This document shows positions 24,307-35,389 of a DNA stretch of 64,000 nucleotides, in pieces. Below the pieces are notes generated by a model that had not been told where the DNA came from, made no database searches, and was given only the letters and a program-made list of their open reading frames with translations. Position 1 is the first letter of the stretch. Each line of letters opens with the position of its first letter. The position numbers and the translations under genes were made by a program. The stretch comes from Tubulanus polymorphus (lineage: Eukaryota; Animalia; Nemertea). Where the stretch lies: assembly GCF_964204645.1 (NCBI RefSeq), contig NC_134028.1, forward strand, positions 19,289,653 through 19,353,652, written 5' to 3'.

Positions 24307-25247
24307 CTAACACAAGCATATTAAAGGACTTTTGATCACTTATATAATTTTATAAAATAGCCTATGCGAATAGTAGGAATACAAAACCTCAATACATACA
24401 TATGAATCATTCTTATATATGTATGCATTCCAATTATTCAGAACGAATTTGTACTAGAAAGAAACCCACAATTGTCAAATATATTTATTTGATCGACGTT
24501 TTGGGTCTACACTGAAACTCATCAAAATAAACATTCGGGAAAATTAAATATACTAATTCGTATATTATAAGTATATTTAATTTCCCTGGAAATGAGTCTC
24601 GGTGGTGATTCAAAACGTTGGATCAAATGAATAGATTTGATATAGGACTAGTTTAGTTCATATAATGGTATAGGTCATTCTATATGTACGCAGTAGAGAT
24701 TTTTATTCCAATTATACAGAAGTAATAGAAATGAATTCACAAATATCAAAAATGTATCAATTCAACACTTTGAGTCTACAATTCGAAACGTCAGATCAAA
24801 GACATGTGTATATTTGATCAATTATAGTTTTATTTCTACTGTGTGGCCACTTATCGGAACAGTAAGGAAATCTGAAAAATCTATAAACAAATCGGGGAAA
24901 CTATGGGAATTTAAAAATTTGAATACTCTCATATTTGTAGCCTTGATGCACATATTCTCAGTAAGTAAAGTCTCAGGTTGTTTTTCTGAAATTACATTTT
25001 TGTAATGAATGATTTTTTTTTCTATTTCTATGAAAATAAAACGCATCCGATTAAAACATATTAACGGTAAATTGCATTTTTTCATGAAAGGATTCCGGAC
25101 CCAGTACCACTATTTCCAGTTATAATTTGACTCTAGGGATAAGACATAGAACAAATTAATTTCATTCACCAAGAATTGTGGAACTGGGTCCTGGTGTTTT
25201 GATGCAGTGGTCATTCGACCATGGGTGGAATTTAAATTAAGGTTGAC

Positions 25248-25514
25248 AAATCAGTGGCTGAAAGGTGGATAGAAAGCGGCCACCATCGGGCCATACGAGG
25301 TTCTAGCAGTGGTAAAGAAATCGGCACTATGGTGGCTGGTGGGGGCAAATCAGTGGCTGAAACGTGGATAGAAAGCGGCCACCTTCGGGCCATATGCTAT
25401 TAACACTAACTAGCCTCTTGTGGGCCGATAATCAAACCGGGGAAGGGCCATTAGTTATTAGCAACGATGGGTCGATTTCTTCCCCCCGTCGGCCCACGCG
25501 TTGTTTTAACTGGG
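25248..25514. mobile_element. Probable DNA-transposon terminus with subterminal direct repeats
   Basis: Two ~47-bp repeats AAATCAGTGGCTGAAASGTGGATAGAAAGCGGCCACC (25248, 25347); ends ...TTAACTGGG (CCCAG-type end). No partner end found. Confidence 0.45.
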
Positions 25515-27170
25515 TATTGACATCTGGTTTATGTTTATGTTTATTCACCATGCTCATCTATGACAAATAAAATCAGTCACTTCTTAAGTTTTGTAGTAAC
25601 CAGACGTGTTACCTCTTTTCTCTCACATCTGTCGCCTCACACAAATCGATATTCCAAGACATTTTGGTGCCGTGACCAGGATGGGTTCAGAAGGAAAGCT
25701 AATGACAATCAGAGGGGCCCATCGGGACCAAATGACCAAGATATCTAGTAGTATGGAAGAGAAACTCGCTGAGATTCTACTCATTGATGAAAGTTAGAGC
25801 TCTGGAAACAGTTCCGCCATTCGCAATGTTAATCGACTCACCGTTGATGAAATTTGAATATTTACGACAATTAGATCAACAACTAATCAATGAAAAATAA
25901 CTGATGAAACCGAGTTCAGTGCTCTAGTGGAAGCAGATGATAATCTCACTGAGCTCCAAACTCGGTCGATTCAAACTGGAATTGGATAATTTACTGACAA
26001 AAATACCAAAACCACATCTGTTACATGAATCTGTAAGTACCACCAATCTACCACAACCGGCAGTAAAAAAGCCAACGTACCAAAATTGGCTCTCCCAAAT
26101 TTCGATGGTGACATTTTGAAAAAGTCTATTTTTTACGATAATTTTATCTCAGCCGTCTATAGCGAACCGCATTTGGACGATATTCAGAAATTTCATTATT
26201 TAGTTGCATAACACACTGACGAAGCAGTGCGTACAATAGAAGTTCAGCAAATAACAAGCACTAACCACATAGAAGCTCTGACAATCTAAGTAGAAAGATA
26301 CGGTCAACCTCACAAGATTATGAACGCGTACATCAGAGCTTTATCAGATTTGCAGCCACCACAGGATCACGATAGTCTATGCGAATTTTAAGATTCATTG
26401 GAAACCTATATTCGAGGATTGCGGGTGCTAGGATAAATCGGAAGACGGGTTTAGTGATATACTCGTTCCGGTAGTCCTCGATAAGCTACCGAGTCCTGTC
26501 AAAATGCAAATTTCACGGGATCACGGAGACTGCGCCTGAACAATTGAAGAACTATGTGACGCAATCTGAAAAGAAATACACAGGCAGAAGCGAACTGCGT
26601 CAATTTTGAAAAAAGGAAAAATTATCCGCTAACTGTTTCGGCAATCACAAGGTATCAGCTTGCCAATTGAAATATTGTAAGGCAAACATAACACTGCAAT
26701 TCATGTTAATCAAATATTGATACACATACGGAATTCAAAATATTCATGTCAATATTGCTCCACCTTCAGGTCCTGTTCTTTTGAAATCTGCTGTTGGTAA
26801 AAAAAATTATGGTTCCAATTCGACTTCTGTAAACATCATGTTTGATAAAGAAGCACAGTGCTCATTCATTACAGATAATTCGGTAAATGAATTAGGAGTT
26901 CGATTGGACAAATTTGAAAAACAGAATGTAAACATTTCCACCTTTCACGACAAATAGCCTGGGGTACTTTCGCTAAGGAATATTGATAAGCTCATTACAC
27001 ATAAGATATTAATTTCAGGCATTAGTAGTACCAGAAATATGTCCACCCATTCAAAATGATGTTGCAAATATCGGTACCTCAGAAATTTGCCATTAGCAAA
27101 TTAAGTCAAAAGCAGTACTTAATGGAATTAATTTATTAATCGGCACTGACTATTATAGGGTCAATATTGA
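25515..27170 (+). mobile_element. BEL/Pao LTR retrotransposon relic (partial LTR, PBS, degraded gag/protease)
   Basis: PBS TGGTGCCGTGACCAGGAT at 25665-25682 (tRNA-His-like) after ..GACA; DUF1759-like PKLALPNFDGDIL...DDIQKFHYL near 26080-26200; many stops. Confidence 0.8.
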
Positions 27171-27595
27171 GCTGAAGTTTGGGTGTCAGCTGTTTAGATG
27201 GCGTCAGCTCAACCAATTTGTACAATGTTTGTAAATCAATCCCAGCTGAAAGGTTGACGTTGAGCTTTGCTAAGTGTTTGCACAATCGTCAAATGCCGCA
27301 GTTGGAGGTGAATCAGACCCTTCTCCAATTCTCATCAGAATTATTTCAACTATCTTATGTTACTGGAACTATATATGTAAACTAGAAAACATCAAACATG
27401 TGGTCAGTTCTCCTGCCTCGGTAGGTTTGTGTTGAGTAACAGTACTAACAGAGACACTGGGGCTGGTACGAACGAATAGCTCAGATCAATCTTTACCGAT
27501 CGTCTAATGAATACATTTGAACGTAGAATAAAATAAAATGGAATTCGAGGAATTTGAATTTTTCGCTCAAAAAAAGTAAAACTGACTGGAATTTG

Positions 27596-27850
27596 ACATT
27601 TTTTGCAGAATAAAATCTCATTGAATTTGCAATTGGTGCACATGGCTAATTTGCATATCAAGGTCATCCATTCGATTTGAGAAAAAGCAATTTTTCCTGC
27701 ACAATTGTCAATTGTCAAGGATACTTCCTCTCAAAAACCAAATTGACTAATGGTGTATCGGGAATCAATCTTGAAATCCAATTGGAAATCTTAAAATTTA
27801 ACCTGCAAGTAAAACAGTCTTCGATACCACAGAATCACGTGAACACCTAA
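27596..27850. repeat. Diverged internal fragment of the HINE family found at 35390 and 52056
   Basis: Aligns by eye with 36478-36755 (GCAGAATAAAAT..TTGAATTTGCAATT..CACATGGCTAATT.GCATATCAAGGTCAT). Confidence 0.7.
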
Positions 27851-29019
27851 TGACTTTTGCGGTTAAGCCAATCATAGAGGAGACAATGCTTACTGACTTT
27901 TTAAACCTGACAGCTTTGCGTTCTAAATTTTAATGAAGCCCTTTCACAATAATCAGCACGTTTGAATGCACGATTTGTATCATGAATATATGCCCAGGTT
28001 GCACAGTGAAAAAGCCTTTCATCTGGAAACAATTTGGTCAATTAAATTCGATCTATCTGTATAGCAATAGGGTAGGGCTGGTGTAAAAATCAATATCACT
28101 TCCTGATGTTATTCTTACATTATTTTGTTTATTTCATCAACTCACAGCGGCAAGATAATATATTGGTATAGTCGCGCGCAATAGCACCTTGTTTCTGCTA
28201 TGTTTAGTATGTTTGTATGCACGCAGTCAGCATTCAGTGATGATAGTATGAACAGCACTCTCATACATCAGCGGTGCACGTGTTAGCCTGTTACACATCA
28301 GACAAACTAATCGGCAAAGTTAAATCTTTGCCTCTTTAGAGTCCATGGTTAGATGAAATCCATGTCAGGATATAAAAAAAACTGCTTTCTAGAAAGCGAT
28401 TACCGTATATAAGTGACTAAACTTGTTGAACTGATCACTTCAGCACTTTGACTAGTAACAACCAATCATACCGTGGTTTCCCATAATTACGTCAAAAGCG
28501 GTGGCATTCCCAAAACAACCAATCAGAGCTTGGGTTTCCCATAATCACGTCAGTGTGCTCGACATAGCAGTGCGGTGCCGTCAATATGAGGCATAGTCTA
28601 GGCATAGTCTTTCAAGGAATTCTGTCAATCTTTTACACCAAATGACGGATATATTGGATAGCGCAATAAACTTAATCTAATATTCTATAGTACAAATAAG
28701 TTGTATACTAGGGAAAGTGTAGACATTATGTTGTTTCGGGGAAAACTGAACGGTAATAATTTGACGGACCTAGGAGACATCATGACATCATTTGAACAGG
28801 ATAACAAAGTGGTTATTCAATACTGACCACAAAAAGATTATTCTTGCCTTATTCATAGTGCATATATTGACACCCTCATATCTAATCAACCTCTCAGCTG
28901 GGGTTAGTCTATTACTATTCCTCTATGTCACTTCAATTTTAACTGTCTGTGGGAAAACCAAGGCTCTTTGTGTATCAAAAAGTCAATCTAATCTCTCTAA
29001 TATAATGAAGGACCTATAT

Positions 29020-29460
29020 TCTAAAGAATGGTTAGCTTTTATAAATGATTGTTGAAGTAATCATCTTTTAAAAACTAATAAGTTATTTTAAAAAAATTTT
29101 GCCATGGCAAATTATTCAATATCTAATAGCTACTTATGCAAGCGTGAATTAGAAAACAAGAGTCAGCTCTCACAAGCTATCTATTGAAACCGGGAGGCAT
29201 ACCTATCCAAAAACCCCAATCGAAAAAAGAATATGCCCCTCTGTGATAGCTACTCTATAGAAGACGAGAGGCACTTCATTTTGGAAGTCTCGCACCTTTT
29301 TGTTATCAGGAATGCCTATTTCAAAACTCTCTAAATTCACAGATTTCAATAACCTAGGTCACTCATCTAACTTCATTTTCTCAATGCTGTGCAACCATAA
29401 TGACACTGAGATCAGTAGAATTGCCCGCAATTTTGTGAACAAACTTAAACTGTCGTTCCC
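29020..29460 (+). pseudogene. 3' end relic of a non-LTR retrotransposon ORF2
   Basis: SSHKLSIETGRH...KRICPLC....EDERHFILE, a CCHC-type C-terminal motif, frameshifted. Confidence 0.7.
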
Positions 29461-29654
29461 AATCACTCTTAATTTAGTAATTGTGGGTGGGATGCTATAT
29501 ATTGCTACTGTATCAATTTCAATTTAATCTTGTGCATGTATCATATGTATATTACTTCATGCCTTGCCAAACACTAATTACTTACTCACTCACCAATTTA
29601 CTCAATTAACCTGTCCTCCTCTGTATATATACCCCTGTTTTTAGTCTATTTCTC

Positions 29655-29696
29655 ACACCTGACGATGATCTCCAGGGTGAGATCGAAACGTCGTGT
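29655..29696 (+). ncRNA. Minimal hammerhead ribozyme motif
   Basis: ACAC-CTGACGA-T-GATCTC-CAGGGT-GAGATC-GAAAC-GTC-GTGT: perfect core, 6-bp stem II, 4-bp stem I, GUC cleavage triplet. Confidence 0.82.
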
Positions 29697-30116
29697 CTTT
29701 TAAATATTTTAGATTTAATAAATAAATTCTGGTTTTTAAATTCTTTTAATCTGTTAATAGTGGGATTTTATCTTATTGTGCATGTATCTTTTAATCTTTT
29801 TTTTCCATCACTTATATTAATTAGCATGCTGTTTAATTGTTCTTATTTGTTTCTATAAGGCCACAAAAGACCCAGCTATGTGCACAGTCATAGACTTGAA
29901 TTATTGGCAGCACTAATCGCTGCACAGCTTGCAAAGTTTATCCGCCATGCATTTGACAAGTTGAATTTACGTTTAACGAAGGTCTGATAGTCAGATGACT
30001 AAACATTGGTTTCGAAATGGATATACATTAATTACTCACATTCCTTGAAAATGGTCCGTGAAATTCGATCTGTCAAATTTTACATTATCAATTATTGTCC
30101 CACAAAGGACTTCCCT

Positions 30117-30335
30117 GTTACAAATAAATATGCACAGTATGAAATAAATAGAAATCGTCCGTTGCTTAGAACCTCTAGTCCTTACTAATGGAGAGATACT
30201 GATGCAGCAGGAATGAGACAGTTTCTCAGCCAACTTATTTATATGGGCCCCAATGCACTGTCTACGGTTGAACGCTACTGGAAAATACAGGTGTATTGTA
30301 CGAAACTGAGCCATTCGTCAAGTTATGAGCAGAAA
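30117..30335 (+). pseudogene. piggyBac transposase fragment
   Basis: TNKYAQ...WRDTDAAGMRQFL..LIYMG...VERYW...VMSRN. Confidence 0.65.
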
Positions 30336-30339
30336 TTGA

Positions 30340-30512
30340 AAATAATGAATTGTCGCGGGCGATAAAAACAAAATATTGAATTGTCGCGGGCGATAAAACC
30401 AAAATAATGAATTATCGTGGGTGATAAAACCAAAATATTGAATTGTCGCGGGCGATAAAACCAAAATAATGAATTGTCGCGGGCGACAAAACCAAAATAT
30501 TGAATTGTCGCG
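30340..30512. repeat. 31-bp minisatellite, about 5.5 copies
   Basis: GAATTGTCGCGGGCGATAAAACCAAAATAWT starting at 30347, 30378, 30409, 30440, 30471 and 30502. Confidence 0.95.
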
Positions 30513-31942
30513 GAATGATGCAATCGTGAGTTGAAATAATACCTGAACAAATCGATGCACAGACATTTACTTTATATATCTACTTGAACAATCGAGCCTA
30601 TTCAGTAATATACTCAGTTTTTACGAAACCTGGAGTTTTTGATTCAGAGAAATTTGAGTATCAGTATCCGATGCTATATACTAACGTTAACGTTAGTTAT
30701 AATCGCTCCGTCATGCTAAGTTATACATTTCATTATACATATCAACCAGTATCTACAGGCAGCTGTACAGTGTGTACACACTATATCTGAACACGAGGCT
30801 GGAATAACAGGCTCACTTCACGTAGGTTCATGATGAGGAGAAACTCGCAGCTGATCCCCGGAACGACGATGTAGTAACACACGTCGATTCGTCGATGTTT
30901 ACGGCTCGACAGTGCTTTTAAAATCTAAAGTAGTAAATTTCCTGTGTATCGGTAATATGATTTGATGAGGAAAATGGGCTATTGTTAAAATCACTGTTTG
31001 AAGACCGCGACTGAATGTGAAGTCTGCGGCAATAAATTAGTTCATTTATACTTGAATTGATAATCGAAGTGACAGTCGGCCTGCGGGTTGATTTCGGGAT
31101 GACGAATCGAAAAACATGTCGCCCCATTGAATGGGGCTAAATTTTCGATGTTTACGGCCCGACAGCGCTTTTGTAACGATGATTCGTGAAAAAACAAGCG
31201 GGCTATTTGTAGATCTCAGTGAGCTGAACGATATTATATGGATTGTATATGAAACAACGGTAAGGTAACAAAGCCTATGTTCTTTTGGTAAAAATAGTGT
31301 GGAAGAAAATTATAATAATAATAATCACGCGGATATCAATAGGGTTTTCTGTGAAATAACAGAAAACCCTAATGAATATGAATTTACTTATTCTTTAGTG
31401 AGATCAATATCTTGGAGTGCTTATTACACACTGTAGAGTATGTTTGTGATGCTGAACTATAGGTGACCTATGGAGCAGCAGCACAGTGCTGAGAGCTTAG
31501 CTTAGGGTACTTTAATAGCTTCATAGCAGCGGATTGAAATCTGCAACTTCAATTTGATCGATTTAGCCTATTCAAATAACTCGTTGATTCTCTAAAATAG
31601 GTTTATGCAATAGACAATAAATCCTTCTACCTTCCTGACCAGTTTCAAAGCTGTAAAACGATCCGGCATCAAGATATTACAGAAAATACACGCAGCTTCG
31701 TCAAAATTCAACGCATTTCTATAGACGCTATTTCTCAGCTGTCCCGTTTATGATGTTGCAGCCTGCACCTGCTGGTTTAGCCGATGCTGAGCTGTAAGGG
31801 ATGTAAACAACGAAATGAGGTCAAAATCATGTTACAAAACCACAAATTGCGCTTTAACTAAACATTTTTGAAGAGAACGGTTTAAGATCAGTGCATAGAT
31901 CAATAGAATACATGTACATCAAATTTTGAAATAAAAAAAGTC

Positions 31943-31955
31943 AGTTACCCTTTAA
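31943..31955. mobile_element. Orphan Kolobok-type terminus
   Basis: AGTTACCCT-TTAA is the reverse complement of the TTAA-AGGGTAACT end at 34167-34179. Confidence 0.45.
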
Positions 31956-32915
31956 AACTCCATCTTAAGCTCATAGTAAACAATTTGATAGTCAGCGGAA
32001 AATGAGTGACTGATCAGCATTTTCAAGGCGAAATTCAGGTCAAGGTCGGAGCAAATAAAGGTGATGGCTGGTCGAAAACATTATTGATATTTGCTGATAA
32101 CAAATACAAAAGCCTCAGAAGAGAAATGCCTTCACCAGCCCAAAGTTCCTACAGTCCTGACCTACAATCCTCATTGCATGGCAATGATACAAACAGTTTA
32201 CATAAACTGTTTAAACTGTTTACTCACCACAACAGCACAATTCAGTTTGTCCATAGTCAAAATGGCGGCGGCACCGGTGTCAGCCTGCTTTTTTATAGCC
32301 GCCATAACAGGCCATTAAGAGATCTAGAGGCTTGCAAAACTATTGCTTGACCGCCATGCAAATCAGATCTCGGCCTTGCTTTATGAAGACGAAGAAATTA
32401 TGAAAGTAGGAGCGAGGATTGGAAGTAAATACCGGATAAATGAAAATTAAATCAAATTTGCCACCACCATCCCATATGTTTGGCCCACATGAAAATTTCA
32501 CAATCCTTCACAAAAATATATTAATGTCATTGATAATACATTTTATTTATCAGTATGCATTAGATTGCTTTTAGAATTTTTGATTGCAATGTTTTTGTCT
32601 TGAAATTTAGGGATTGACAACAGACGCTGTCAGACCCCTAGTAATGGACATTTAAATGATAGAAACAAACCTATTTTTTAGAAAAAGGCTCTGGAAAAGC
32701 AAAAGTCAAAGACTGAAAATGTAAGAGCAATTCTGCAGAAGGTGAATGAGGGATAAAAATTTTCATTGTTGGTACATTGGTTATCTAAGCTATTGATGAT
32801 TTGCATTTCATCAATCCACCCAACTGGTCAATTTACAAATTGCAACAGTGCTGAAATTTGTGAATAAAACACAATCGTTATTATGTGTATTATAAGGTTG
32901 CGTATGGACTATGAT

Positions 32916-33390
32916 TCTTAAACAAGACGGTCAATAACACAAGCTCCTCCGGAGTTGTAGAATTCAAATTTTTGTTGCACAGCGGTCAAATTCAGCCTGG
33001 GTCAGCTGCATTTTATGATGAAGCAGAATGCTAATATACGTAGCTGCATAATATTTTGTACATGCTTATGTTGTTGAATGATTATTTCTTTATGTAGCCT
33101 GATAGAAATAGTCCCAGAGAGTAGTGTGAAAAAACCAAATGATGTAGCTGTAATTATTAAGCATTTTCAACAGAAGCATTATCTCAAGGCTACACCGATT
33201 CGCAAATTGTTTCATGATTATCACAGAAAAGGAAGAGATCGCTATCACCCCCTTCGTCTGATACAGACGAAGATCTCAACAAGCTGAGTCGGGTGGAATT
33301 GATTCTTAAGGTAAGCCACCTGCAGCAGATGAATTCTGAGAAGGAAAATTTGATTAAAAAACTGGCGAGTTTGAACTTCCAACTTCAAGG
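32916..33390 (+). repeat. Diverged repeat unit also present at ~48639-49030
   Basis: Shared blocks TTCTTAAACAAGA..GGTCAAT, TGTAGCCTGATAGAAATAGTCCCAGAGAGT and CACAGAAAAGGAAGAGATCGC. Confidence 0.85.
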
Positions 33391-33400
33391 TGAATTTTAA

Positions 33401-34011
33401 CAAGAGATCCACGGATCTTAATATCTTGGGTGCAGAATGTTATCTTTGTAATGTATAGGCGCCGTCTGATTGAGGCATCCTTAAGGTTTTCCTTGAACAC
33501 TTCTTGGATGTGTAAAATCTGCTGATTTCGGTGAACAACATCATTGAAATCTAATCAGCAATCATCACGGCAATACACGACGTTTGGGCCTATTCGGTTG
33601 TGTGCGCATAATCTTCCGTGAAGTAGCGTATTGATTGAATCTTCGGTTATTTGCATAATGAAATAGATATGGGGAGACGGAATCGATACTAGGGCTATCA
33701 AATTAAAAATAAACATATAAGACTCTCCCATGACTGGGAAATCAGAAACTAGAACCGAGCAGATTAATGAGAAGATTAAAAGACCGGTTTGTCTGCGTCA
33801 ATCGAATATGCCCTTACATTGATTGACCGCGGGAGCTCAGCGTCAATTTCGTCAATTTCTCTTAAATGAACGCGATATTCAAAATTCCATTTCCAACAGA
33901 TTTTAGCCGCATGATGAAGCTACATTTTGCACATAAACATAGTAGATTGCATGACTGCGTGTCAAAGTTATAACCCCATTTGTTAGCAAAAATTCGATTT
34001 TTGGACCCATT
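33401..34011 (-). mobile_element. Short Helentron-associated (HINE-like) element, second family
   Basis: AA-CAAGAG, hairpin AGATCC-AC-GGATCT and TGGGTGCAGAAT at one end; hairpin CAAAAAT-TCG-ATTTTTG overlapping TTTTGGACCCA at the other. Absent from the paralogous unit at ~49030. Confidence 0.6.
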
Positions 34012-35389
34012 AAAAATCAAATACCGTATTGCTCTCTTTCTCTTATCTTAATCTAACACTAGAAACATTGTGATAGTGTAGTATTTTTGATTTTATGATA
34101 GGGTTATGTTTTTAGGACTACCTGAAAGAATAATAAGAGAATTGCCCTCTTTCTCTTATCTTAATCTTAAAGGGTAACTAGCATACCTCCATCAAAATGC
34201 CACTTAAAGTTTTAATTTGTTGAGGGGGTGATAATAAATGGATCAGTACCAAAAATCTTGATTATAGTTCTTTATTAGTTGATGTAGAGCCGTTTGAAAA
34301 AGGGCAAATTCATTGTCTGCTAACCGCGTATATTGAAAAAACCGACTACTAGCGCCACCACCCTCGTGTGAAGTCACAAGTTGAACCGGCTTCATTGCAT
34401 TACATTGGAAACTTATCAATAACGCTAATAAATGATATTTAAACAAATAAATGTTTTTAATGTGATCGTGATTATTCAATATGGACTGAAATAAATCGGA
34501 CAGGAGTTTTTCCTTCCTTTATTGATAATATATTGGGTTTCTAGAAGTAGGGCAAAATGTCAATTCGAAAGTAACACCGTAGACAGAGAGCTAAGTTCTA
34601 TTGTACTGCCGGGTAGCCCGGGGGGTTGTTTAGGTTTTGGTTATGATAAGAAAATTGATAATTGACATATTTTTGTCAAGTAACCTAACCTGAGGCCGTA
34701 GTGTCACAGTGAGAGGCTTGATTGCACATTCCAGGCGTCAACCTCGGGGATTCAGTATATCAATTACCGTACACAACGCCCGCGCGCAATTAGAGTCTTA
34801 TCAACGATGCGGTCTGTTTTGGTTAATCTAGTCCATAATATCTTTGCTGGTAGTCTTATGCTACAGATGCAAAAAGGATGGCGGATGACGGAAGTCAAAA
34901 TTCTAGGGTCATACTAAACACCGTCAGACACCGTCAGGAACCGTCAGGAAGACCGTCAGACACCGTCATGAACTCACGGGTTATACTAAACACCGTCAGG
35001 AAATAAAAAACAATGATTGTGAATTCTAAAATTGAATATTTTATATCAACACTAAATGAGCCCTACTGTGCAAATTGAATTTGGAAATGAATTTTTTATA
35101 TAACACGAGTTTTCCTTGGTAAACTCAACAATACGCTGTGCAAATTGAGCGAATTTTGTGAAATAAATCTTTTCGTAATATATCGTAGTTTTTAGTTTCT
35201 TAGTTTGAGTTTAACCTTTTTCCGATTTCGTTTCTAAATCTAACAATCACTTTGTTTTGCCGAATTGTTATTACTTCGAAATGACAACAAAGTGACTGAT
35301 TAATAAATTGCAAACTGGGTCTGTTCCATGTTCCATGTTTTCGTTCCTACGCAGATAGAGAAACGTGTTCCTTTAAACGGGACTAATAA

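Noticed and set aside
28792-29055. KWLFNTDHKKI resembling the COX1 N-terminus (NUMT)
   Set aside because: The similarity is limited to a few residues and the downstream sequence runs into a LINE relic.
30340-30512. 31-bp repeats as CRISPR
   Set aside because: Contiguous units without spacers and no cas genes.
31943-34184. Kolobok-type ends at 31943 and 34171 as one element
   Set aside because: The TTAAs lie on the inner sides, so the ends face away from each other; 34171 pairs with 47981, supported by the empty-site repeat.
34917-34998. ACCGTCAG arrays (and the inverse at 38441-38540) as a CRISPR-like array
   Set aside because: There are no unique spacers; they are subterminal repeats of a TIR element with a TSD in a eukaryotic context.
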